Positions 37,901-49,900 of a DNA stretch of 64,000 bases are shown here, one piece after another (position 1 is the first letter of the stretch; every line of letters starts with the position of its first letter). The DNA is taken from positions 7,070,001 to 7,134,000 of the forward strand of contig CM075992.1 in the NCBI GenBank assembly GCA_038087875.1, in the 5' to 3' direction. The stretch comes from Malacoraja senta. Its lineage: Eukaryota. Made by a program: the position numbers and the translations under genes. Under the pieces are notes generated by a model. It was not told where the DNA came from. It saw only the letters and a list, made by a program, of their open reading frames with translations, and searched no databases.

Positions 37901-40900
37901 GTACTTTGCACACAATGGCTGTGCTAAACATGATACCAAGTTAAACTAATCTCCTCTGCCTGCACTTCATTCATATCCCTCCATTCCCTGCCTATCCACG
38001 TGCCCATCTAAAAGCCTCTTAAATGCCCCTATCATATCTGCCTCCACCACCATCCAGTGCTTTCCCGGCACCCACCACTCTTTGTGTGCCCCCCACACCT
38101 TAAAGCTAAGCTCTTGAGTCCTTAATGATGTACTAGCATGCAATTATAAATGCGTAAATCAGCAAGTCAGAGGATTGAGGGGGAAGTTGTGAATCTCCAG
38201 ACGTTGCTTGTTCATATGCCATCCCTTTGCTGTTTTGGACAAACGGCCAATATCCCTGCTGCTACTTCTGAAATTTTCAGATCTATCTATAAATTGGCCA
38301 TTCACCTTGTCACTGTTGGTTATGCTCAATAATTAACAGCACCAGTACACGTTTAACTCTTCCTTCCCTTGCTTTTTCTTAGGTACCTAAACTGACTAAC
38401 ATCGCCTAGCTTCTAATATAATAGTCATAGTCATAATCAGTTCACATTTTCTTTCTTCATTAGGTTCACCAGGATCACCCTAATATCAGCTAAATGTGGT
38501 TGAAAGATTTAGCTAGCGGCATAATTCAGCAAGATCTGACTTATGAGCCTTCTTATTTCTCAACAGACGCGATGAAAGTTCGACACAAAGTGCTGTAGGG
38601 ACTCAGTGGGTCAGGCAGCTTCAGACAAGAAAGTTCCCGAAGTGAAATTTCATCTGTCTATTCCCCGACCCATTGAGTTACTCCAGCACTTCGTCTGTGT
38701 GGAGTTTGCACGTTCTCCCTGTGACCACGTGGGCTTCCACCAGGTGCTCTGGTATCCTCCCACATCCCAAAGAAGTGTCGGTTTGTAGGTTAATATTCTT
38801 CTGTAAATTGCCCCTGGTACGTAAGGAGTGGATGAGAAGGTGGGATAACATAGAATATGTCTGAACAAATGATCGATGAGGACATGGTGGGCTGAAGGGA
38901 CTGTTTCCATACTGTATCTCTAAACTAAAACTAAACTTAATGTTTTAATCAACACGGAATTGTTTGAAATGAAGCTGCATTGTCATGTTTATGCCACTAG
39001 AGGGCCCTCAATGCAAAACTCAAGACACCTGGTGGCTGGACATGATAGTACAGACATGCAGAGAGCAGCCGACCAAGACCAGCTAACATCTGCTCAGTTG
39101 CAGCACAGGTAGTTCTGCCATAGCTGTATTCCTAAGAAACCTCGTGTGAGAGAAAACAGTTATAAATTCAATTGTGTCAATGGGGGTAAAGGGGCTAAAG
39201 ACCTGAGAGTTTCAGATTTTTCCTGTAGGATTCTCAAAAATAAAAGACTTTAACAGCTATGTTTATTTTTATTACCGCAAGCTTAAAATACTAGAGGCTG
39301 TACGTTACATTAACATAGTTTCCTTGTAAAAGTGACAATGGAAGCGAATGTTGTCAATTTCAAAGGCTTCCCACAGTGAAACTAACAGACTGTTCTTAAG
39401 AGACAATGGTGTCTGATTACTGCGGGGAGGCTACATGGAAACAGGTTTTGTTTCCCCCAATACTGTTTCAATCCAAGACAGCTATTTTTCTGCTTGTCAA
39501 TTTCCAAAGAAATTTTTAAGTGGAATTATTCTGAAAGGAGGGGAAGGATCCTCTACCTGTGATTGATTTTACATGCAACACCACCTAAAATATTACCTGC
39601 ATAAGTTGTTCACAGGACTTTGAGATACACAAGGGTCCGTGCGACGTAACCCTTATGTACATTGGGGAGCGCCTGTATATTCAATTATGGGAGGCATAGA
39701 TAGGGTTTTTCCTATAACAGAGGTTACAATTTTACATGCAACACCGCCTAAAATATTACCTGCTCAAGTTGCTTTTACATACATAACTGCTTTTTCCCTA
39801 TAACCGAGGTAACAATTAAATATCACAAATAACACCTCATTGAAAATTAAATATTTTTAAAAAGAACAAAGCTAGAAGAGAGAAAATTAAAAAAATCACC
39901 AGAGATTCTGAAATAAAAGTATTTTAGAAATCTGTAAGGTGTAGAAAGGAAAGATTTAATGTTTCAAGTTTTTTACACAAAGGGTGGTGGATGTATGGAA
40001 CATGTTGCCGGAGGAGGTAGTTTAGGCAGGTACTATTGTGACATTTACGAAGTATTTGGACAGGTATATGGATTGGACAGCTTTGGAGGGATATGGACCA
40101 AACACAGGCAGGTGGGACTTGTGTAGATGGGACATGGTGGTCGGCGTTGGTAAGTTGGGATAAAGGGGCTGTTTCAACGCTGTATCACTCTATGACTAAG
40201 TTAAAGACCATTCGTCAAAATTGGGAAAGACCAGAATCAATATAGTTTTAAGTTGGAGAAGAGTTGGGGGAACAATGGTTAGAACAATGGATATTTCCCT
40301 AAAAGGTTGAGACAAGGGCTGCTGTGGAGATCAGTGATAAATGCAGTCATCTGGTTGAATGTTAATGAGGGGGGTTGGAGAGTGATAGAGAGAGATTGAA
40401 CAGAGGAACAAAAGCTATGAAATGAGGGCAGTTAAAGAAACTGCAGCTTAACTATGGTTGGGTGTTTCCAGCATTTTCTGTATTGTGGAAGAGAGAATTT
40501 AATACACTGTCTAACAAATCTTTAGGATATTCCGAAGCTCTTCATCGTCACTGAACTTGCTGCAACCAATTTTGAAACAGAGAAACAGAATAGTTTGGTT
40601 GCACTTAGTAAGGTCCAGTGAATTTTGGGACATGACCAGGAAGCAATAATTGTGATATAGACGCAGTATTAAAAGACATTATCGCCACTGCACAACACAA
40701 GATGCTCTTCTCCCACTTGGTCTCTTTCAATGGCAATGGTACAAACCAACTATCAAGTTAAAATGAATGAGAGTTATTATCACCTGTATGCAGTGTATGG
40801 GACATAGACCTCCCTCGCTGGAAACTCCAGGATTTCTTTAGTTGGGCGGACTCGAGGATCTGGGTACGGTTTGACATGTAGCAGCTCGGGGGAGAGGCAG

Positions 40901-43900
40901 TAGTGTGGACTTTCAGGAGCAGGAGATATATCAATCTTGAGTTGAGCTGCAAACAGAGGGGAACAATTTCAAGATGTAAAGACAGAGCTTAGAAATACAC
41001 AAAACAAAATGTTCTTTCCCTTGTGTGAGATTGCTGCCAGCAATTGGAGCTAAATGCTGAGACCAGTATACACTCTCAACCATCTGACATCCATGGGGAG
41101 TGAGTATGCTGAATGCATGAATATGCTGGTCTCCAGAAATGCGTACTGTACATTACCCTCGTGTATTCTATACATTAACTTTAATTAAATTACTTAACTA
41201 TGTGTCACTGCAATTAATAATAAGATAAAAATTTATTAATGTAAAATAGAGGAAGACTAAATCACATAAATCACCATCACAGGAAGTGCCCGCTAATCAG
41301 TCTATAACGGCACTGGTCTTACCTGTATGTATAAATGTCATCATTATATTAAAAATGTATTTTCACACTTGAAATAAAAATCATGATTTTCAATAAAACA
41401 AATTTTTGCCAGATGCACGTGGATTCTGGATGCATGAATACTGAATAAACAAGTTCACTATACCCACCTCCTAAAAAACAATTCGGTAATAATGCTGATT
41501 GAACATGGATCCTGACATTTTTGTAACAAATTTCTGATCCAAGCCAAATATCTTAGTGGTTGAGAGAAACTTTAATCAGAGCGTGAAATATCGACCACTG
41601 AGACACCATATGTTGGTTTCCTGAGATTCTTACAGGGATTGATATACAGGACAAATAACCACTCATCACCAATATGCTAGGTAGACCATTTTGGTGCCAT
41701 GTATTTACTCTCAACCCTATAATCTAATCAACCTTATGTTGCCATCTCTCAGTGTCTAAGAACTGCATGATTCAATATGTGCAGATCCAATTGTCAAGAG
41801 AGGTTACATCTTGGAGATTTATCAGTAAACTATGGCACAATTAAAAATTTCATTTTTAGCTTTTTTCACAAGGGTGAATGCATATTATACCCCAAGTTTA
41901 GTTTAGTTTATTATTGCCATGTGCGGGAAGAAACTGTCCCTGAATCTGGAGTTTGAGAAGATTGTAATGCAAACTAATAACCTAAAATGTGAATTCAGTC
42001 AAAACGGTAACTGGGCAGAGCCAAATAATGCTGGTATCAACAAGCTCAGTCTGAAGAAGGGTCTCGACCCGAAACATCACCCATTCCTTCTAACCAGAGA
42101 TGCATTTTGTGTCTATCTGCAACAAAAACTGCAATACGTGTATTCTTCAATATAGAAAGTTGTTAATAGTCACATTGCATTTCTCGATGCTTCAGTATTG
42201 AGCAAGTTACCTGTCACCGGGCGTAATCTCCTCAGAACTGAGGAGGGTCTTCTCATGTCTGCCAGATATTTGTACAAGTCTTCATCGCTTAAACGGTCCC
42301 CTTCCTGAGGAAACAAAAGACGTTGGTACATCAAACCCTCGGCTCGAGAATGCTTCTTTGTTGAACCAGGAAAGAAACACAATGGTATCTTGGAATCCAG
42401 ACAGTGCCTGAACACAATAAGAAAACGAGTCAATAAGCACATTGTTCACGGACTATATACACCAGGCATGATATGTCCCTTTGGCTTCAGCCGTACACAC
42501 AATAGTTTGATGCAGGTTATGACACAGCAGACACTGTGGAAAGCATCATTTGGATTTGGTAAAATACTAAGGCTGTCAGCTGAATATTTCTTTAGTATAA
42601 CATCCTAGACGGTCAGAACCTTTATCCCAGGCTGGGAATGTCAAAGATGAGAGGGCATATCTTTAGGGTTGGAGGGGCAAAGCTTAAAGGAGATGTGGAA
42701 CAAGTTTTTTCATGGAGACAATGGCAGGTGCCTGGAAAGCATTGCCAGAGGTGATGTGGAGGCACATACGACAGTTAACCCGATGCAAAGAAACTTACCC
42801 CTCTACTCAATCACAAATAATGAGGAATAATCAAAGAAATCTCATTTATGATCTGTAAAAGAGAGGAATCTTGACCAAACATGTTAAATGGTACCAACTC
42901 GTTTCCCATGACATTGCTTGATATTTCATTATTATTTACCTGTTTAAAGAAATTTGTGACTGTCAGGGTAGCTGGCCGAAAGTTGGTGTAGTTACAGGCA
43001 TCGTCCCCAAGATTCATCCGTTCCAATGTCCTTTTTTTGCGGTCCGTCCACGTGCCCTTTCGCTCTAGAAACAAAACAATTGTAAAATGACCATTTCTTT
43101 CTCTATCGATCTATTACTACTGAACATGGAACATTTCAGCACAGGAATAGGCCCTTTGACCCACAATATCTGTGCTGAACATAATGCCAAGTTAAATTAA
43201 TCTCCTCTGCCTGCTCATGATCCACACCCTTCCACTCTTTGCATATCTATGTATCATCCAAAAGCCTCTTAAATGCCACTGTGGAATCTGTCTCCACCAC
43301 TACCTTGGCAACATGTTTCAGACGCCCACTGTCTGTATAGAAAACATGCCCTGCTCATCTCCTTTAAACTTTGCCAGTAAAGCTTTGCCCTCTCGTCTTT
43401 GATATTTCCACCATGGGAGAAACTGTCTACTCTATCTATGACTCCCATCATTTAATATACATATACGTTCCCAAAATTACGTAAGGGGAATGCCGCGCGG
43501 ACCATTGTGCATGTCAGATGCCATGCATGTCGGAAGACCACGGGGGAGCCTCCGCGGGAACAGCTGACTTTCTTGTGGAAATGCAGGGCTCGAAATTAGC
43601 GGTTGCCCGGGTGCCACTGACCACTCAAAGCGCCGCCGGGCAAACTAAACACCGAGTCATTTTGCCCAGCTTGGCAACCAGATACTGGTTTGTACCGAAG
43701 ATAGACACAAAAAACTGGAGTAACTCCGCGGGTCAGGCAGCATCTCTGGAGAAAAGGAACACGACGTTTCGTGACGGCGGCGGCTGCGGGGTGAGGAAGG
43801 GTCGGAGCGAATGACGGGCCTCGAACAGCGGCAGCAGCGGCCGCGACAGCAGCTCCATCTCCTCCTCCTCCCGCCCCCTGCCCGCCCTGATAAGGGCCTC

Positions 43901-46900
43901 TGCTTGTAAATCCGCTAACGGCGATACCCGCTTTCAAAACAAATCCTCCCGCACGCCGAGGCCGGGAGGAGGGAGGGAGGGGGAGGCCTCGGAGTGCGGG
44001 AGGGTTTGTTTTGCGCCGTTACCGGATTTACAAGCAGAGGCCCTTATCAGGGCGGGCGGGGTGCGGGAGGAGGAGGAGTTGGAGCTGCTGTCGCGGCCGC
44101 TGCTGCCGCTGTGCGGGGCCCGTCATTCGCTCCGACCCTTCTGAAGCAGCTGCACCAAAGATCTTAGAGCTATAGGATCTCTGAGCTGCACCGCCCGGCC
44201 CCGCACCTTGCTGTTTGGCTGGCGGAGGAGGGAGGCGGTGGCGAGGAGTTCCCAACGGCCAAGGCAGCGGGGCGATGTTGTCCGAGGAGCACTGACCTTC
44301 CTTCCTCCCCACCTCGCCCCCCCCTCTCCCTCTCTCTCTCTCTCTTGTACGCCCCCTCACCCCCTTATCCTGGGACCCCTCCACTCCATCGCGCACTGAT
44401 CCCCATTCCCACCTCTATTCAGTCCTAACTGACATCCCCTGTGCTCCCCTCCACATCTACCCCCCCCCACCATCTATTCATCCTGCGCTGATCACCCTAT
44501 CCACCTCGCAATGATTCTCCTGCCACCCCCCCCCCCCCATCCATCCCACACTGGTTCCCCAATTCAACCTGTACTTACCCCTTTCCCAGCCATCCTGCAC
44601 TTCTCCTCCATCCATCCTGTACTGATCCCCCCATCCATCCTGTACTAATCCTTGCATTCATCCCGTACTGACCCACCCTCCATTTACCCTGCACCTTCCC
44701 CCCTTCCCCTCATTCATCCTGTAGTGATTCTCCATTCATCCTGCACAGACCCTCCGATCCCACACTGTACTGACCCCCCCCCCATTCATCCTGCTCTAAT
44801 CTCCCCCCCCATCCATCCTGTACTGATCCTCCCATTCAAGAAGAATGGGGGGAACAGTCTGAAGAAGGGTCTCGACCTATTTCCTTCACTCCATAGATGC
44901 TGAACCCCCCCCCATTCAAAACCACTGACATCCCCGGTGCTCTCCCCTCACAATTTTACCTACTCCAACCAACGCGTACTAATTCACCTGCCTCAATCCA
45001 TCCATTCTGCACCGACTGCCTTCTAATCCACCCCCCACCCCCCGCCATCTATCCACCCCGCACTGATTCACGCACACCCCCCTCCCTGACCCTATTGTGC
45101 TGGAAATGTCTTCAGAGCGAACATTGACTATGTTTGGTAACGGAATGCAATCAAATGTGTTTTAATTCCCAATGTTATTATTTGCTTTAATCCATAAAGA
45201 TGGATTAATTAAATTGTGAACACGTGAAACATTAAAAACCGCAGTGTTCGATTGTCACTGCTGCCGTTGACACGTTATTACAGAATTCATTTTAACGGCA
45301 AATCAATGCTCTTAATATGGAGTATCAGTACTGTAGTTATTTAATGAGCAACATTCACAACTATACGTACGCATATATGTTACCATGGTCCAGGATTTAT
45401 TGACACAGGTTGATCATACGCTGAATAATCCAACCACATTTTTGTTTGGAAGTGGAAAGAACTAATAGAAATTGCATTAATTGCAATGTGTAAAAAGAGT
45501 TGAGATACTGTCTTATAATTTTGCTGCATGTCATTGTGGGATATATCATGTCTTGATTGGTGAATATGTTTAGTTTGTGACTTTATTTGAAGCAGAAATA
45601 ATATGTGAATGCTTCATTGAGTATAATTCCGACTGGTAACTACGCACTTCGTCCGAGCACATTATCGCACGCGTCATGCAAGCCATCTTAAATGACCACC
45701 TAAACTGTCATTTGGCAACCTAAAAAGCTGCCAAGGTTGCCCGGCTGGCAACAGGGAAAAAAGTTAAGCGAGAGCCCTGGAAATGGCCACATGCGACAGC
45801 AGTAGCGCACTGCTGCCAAGATGCGCAACTTGGAAATATAGCAGCGAGCTTAAAGAATAGATTATGTAAGTACGAGTTTACATAAGTCGAGGAGTGCCTG
45901 TAGTTCAATCAGGTCTCCCCTCAGCATCCGATGCTCCAGAGAAAACAATCCAACTTTTACTGTAAATTCATTCCCTTTATCAAATATCAAATGGTTAATG
46001 GGAGCAGTGATGAAAACTGTGTGGATTGTGCCAGAGCTAGCTATTTATTTGGAACTACCAAATTCATTCCCCACACAATTTTCAAATATCTGATCATTCT
46101 TTTAAAGTAACAGTCTAACAGTCTGATTAATTCTCTCTTCAATGATACAATTCCAGATTTGATCAAGTACCTTTCAGGAAGTTTCTCATGTGGTCCCATA
46201 TCGCAAAGAAATTTAAACACAAAATAACTGGAGTAACTCGGAGCTGCACGGTGGCGCAGCGGTAGATTTGCTGCCTTTGATTTGAGACCCGGATTTGATC
46301 CCGACTACCGGAGCTGTCTATACAGAGTTTGTACCCTCTTCCCCGTGACCATGTGGGTTTTCTCTGAAATCTTCAGTTGCCTCCCACATTTCAAAGATGT
46401 ACAGGTATGTAGGTTAATTGGCTTGGTATATGTGTAAATTGTCCCCAGTGTGTGTAGGATGGTGTTAATGTGCGGGGATCGATCGTCGGTGCAGACTCGA
46501 TGGGCCGAAGGGCCTGTTTCCGCGTTGTATCTCTAACCTAACTGAACTCAGCGGGTCAGGCAGCGACTTTGGTGAAAATGAATAGATGAAGTTTCGGATC
46601 AAGACGTCAGAGTTACTCCAGCATTTTGTGTCTATCTTCTGTGAAAAAACAGCATCTGCAGTTCCTTCCTACGCAAACAACTTTACTGGTTTGGATCTCA
46701 CCATTTTCTGAATCAGAGGAGTCACGTTCCAGGCTCCCGGCAGTGCTCACTATGTTCATGAGGTGGATTGCAGTCCAGGCAAAGGGCATTCGGAATTTGC
46801 CCAATTTGTTGCAGAAATGTTCTGCTTGGTTCTTCAATTTCTCCACCTTCTCCTTGTGCTATGGGCAGAGATACAAACAAGGAAAAGAGTGTTTGTCAAT

Positions 46901-49900
46901 TGTTCCCCATCAACCCGGGGAAAGTGGGAGAAGGAAGAACAAGAGAAAAAGAACAAGCAAAGACTGACAGAGAGCTGGAAGGATAAATATTTTACAAAGC
47001 ACTATGTTCTTGGAAATATCTTACTTATAGAGTGGTTATGTGCTATCAGGTTAAAGGTATATCTGCTACATGCACGTCAAATATCATGAAAAAGCTTCTG
47101 GTTTGTAGCTGAAGAAGGAATATTGTCAGGGGCAACTGGAGGAACTCACTGTTCCATCTAACTTATGTCATGGCATCTTTCATGTCCAGTTGACCTAATG
47201 GAGCAGGCCAATGTTGTGGGGACCACTGACACTGCAGCACCCCATCAGTATTACACCAGACTGGGTCTTGGCCACAGATCCTTTCTCAGAGACAAAAGCT
47301 GCAGACAGTGTGATATGGGCAATGTCTATAACATTAAGGTGAGCATTTAGTAACTATCCAACTAACTGTAGCAAGCATTATAATAGGAAAACACAGCAGT
47401 AGAACATTAGTTTATGCTGTAGTTCATGACCTTCATTGTTAAGACTTTTTATTCAGCAAAGAAACAATTGTACTAAAGTAACATGTATTTCCTCATAGAT
47501 ACCATCATAGGTTTACAAGAATGATCCCAGGAATGAGTGGGCTAACATATGCTGAGCGTTTGCCTGTACTCGTTGGAGTTTAGAAGAATGAGAGGGGGAC
47601 CTCATTGAAACATACCGAATAGTGAAAGGTTGGATAGAGTGGATGTTTCCACTAGTGGGAGAGTCTAGGACTAGAGGTCATAGCCTCAGAATTAAAGGAC
47701 GTTCCTTTAGGAAGGAGATGAGGAGGAATTTCTTTAGTCAGAGGGTGGTGAATCTGTGGAATTCTTTAACACAGAAGGCTGCGGAGGCCGTCAATGGATA
47801 TTTTTAAGGCAGAGATAGATTCTTGGTTAGTAAGGGTGTCAGGGGTTATGGGGAGAAGGCAGGAGAATGGGGTTACGAAAGGGAGAGATAGATCAGTCAT
47901 GATTGAATGGCAGAGTAGTCTTGATGGGCCAAATGGCCTAATTCTGCTCCTAGAACTTATGACTTTATGATACTGGATACAGAGATTTTCAGAGTGAACA
48001 ATTACACAGGTAGTTTCCCTCCTCACCTTCGTGGAATCAGATTCCTTCATAACCATGTAGGGTTCAGCGCATTCCCCAATGTCACCCTGCTGCAGAACCT
48101 TTTCAAGCTGCATTGGAAAGAAGCATCACGTACAAATGAACAAATCTCTGGATAAAATACACAAAGTTTAGCCATGTCAATGAGCATGAAAATTCATTAA
48201 TGGTCAGTGCGCAGAGTTCAAATACACATCTGAAAAGGGATTAACAAAAAGACAGGGAAGCTCAGTTCTTACCTTAATTACGAGGAATATGTCAGTAGAA
48301 GGATATGTTATGGAGAAGATGGTGGACCTGGCCAATGTGGAGATAGCAGCATGGGGATTATGAGGGCGGAGAAGGCCTTTTATTTGGTCAGAATTCAAAT
48401 CAAAGTAGAAGTTTTCAGAAATCTAGTGAATGGCAAGAATAAAGCAATTAGTTTGATCAGAATAATTTGAGTAGCTACATATCTTAAAACTGCACCAGAA
48501 CTCTAAAGTGGCTTTAATCCTCCATATAATAATGCAGATGATTTTTATCTATCACTGACATTGGGGTATGGGGCACAACGGCACGATATTCTTGATGAAA
48601 GCTCAGATATCCTCTAATGACTAGCACGTCTCAAACTTCCTCTGGGAACCTGAGATTGTGATGGTTACAAATTCAGTGCCCACATTTGGGAAGACATCTC
48701 CACTGCACTGACCTCTGGTAATTCAACACAGAAGAGGCTGTCTGTGCTCATAGGTGAAGGAAACAAGCCCACAACAAATATTTGAAAAGTGAGTGATGCC
48801 GGCCAATTTTTATCCCTAAACTAACCCCTAAATGTAGATTAACTAGGAATGATCTCATTGCTAGTTAGGAGAACTTGCTGTAGTGCTACCTGGCTGCCAT
48901 AATTCCAACACCACAGCTGCAACCGTATTTCATTGACTGGAAAGCATATGGCACATTCATGTGCTGGAAGAAACTGCAGATGCTGGTTTACACCGAAGAT
49001 AGACACTGAAGTAACTCAGTGGGTCAGGCAGCATCTTTAATCTCTGCAGAAAAGGAATAGGTGACATTTCAGGTTGAGACCCTTCTTCAGACTGACACAT
49101 GTCTATGGCACATGCATATGTTTTGGTCACCCTGCTGTAGGAGTGATGGCATTAAGGTGGAAAGAGTGCAGAGAAAATTTAAGAGGATGTTGCCAGCACT
49201 TGAGGGGCTAAGCTGAAGGGAGAGGTTGGGCAGGCCAAAGCTTTATTCCTTGGAGTGCAGGAGGCTGAGGTGTGATTTTATAGAGGTGTATAAAACCATG
49301 AGGGGGATAGATACGGTGAATGCACAAAGTATTTTTAGGGGAATCAAAATCAAGAGGAGATATGTTTAAGGTGAGAGGGAGAAGATTTAATACTAACCTG
49401 AAGGGAAACCTTTTAACTCAGAGGGTGGCAGATATATGGAACAAGCTGCCAGAGGAGGTAGTTGAGGCAGATACGATAACAGTATTTAAAAGGCACTTGG
49501 ACAGATAGGGACAGAAAAGGTTGAGAGGGATATGGATCAAATCCGGGCACATGAGCCACTTAGAAGGGGCATCTTGGTCAGCATGGATGAGTTGGGCAAA
49601 AAGTCACAAATCTCTTATGAGCCTGTTAAACAGCAGTTGTTATGGGATCTGTAGTCTGATAATAGACAAATACCTCCAGTCTTTAGTTGCTGATGAGAAA
49701 GTAGCAACAGCAAGGACAAGTGCAGGAAGGATTGGGTTTAGATAAGACGAACAGAGAAAGGGTGATCAATATCCTCCTGAACAACTATTTGTCTGCCATC
49801 TACAGAGAACCAGGAAGTTTTGTAAAAGCAATTATAAGCATAAATAACAATGTGTTCCCTTTTTTGTAAATACTTTAAAGTCCTTCAGAAAGAGTATTTT

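Larger units (their letters stand above)
43584..45779. mobile_element. Non-autonomous DNA transposon (hAT-like termini), 2.2 kb
   Basis: Termini CAGGGCTC...GAGCCCTG; GAAATG duplicated on both sides; subterminal GGTTGCC/GGCAACC repeats at both ends. Confidence 0.7.

Noticed and set aside
41310..41330. Minus-strand ACAG|GTAAGA as a recursive splice site
   Set aside because: The intron is only 1.3 kb and there is no real polypyrimidine tract.
43596..44396. Gly/Ala/Arg-rich ORFs resembling a first exon or CpG-island promoter
   Set aside because: They lie within a TIR/TSD-bounded transposon and a GC-rich palindrome; the ORFs are explained by composition.
46245..46305. tRNA-like A/B boxes
   Set aside because: These are heads of HE1 SINEs, not tRNA genes.
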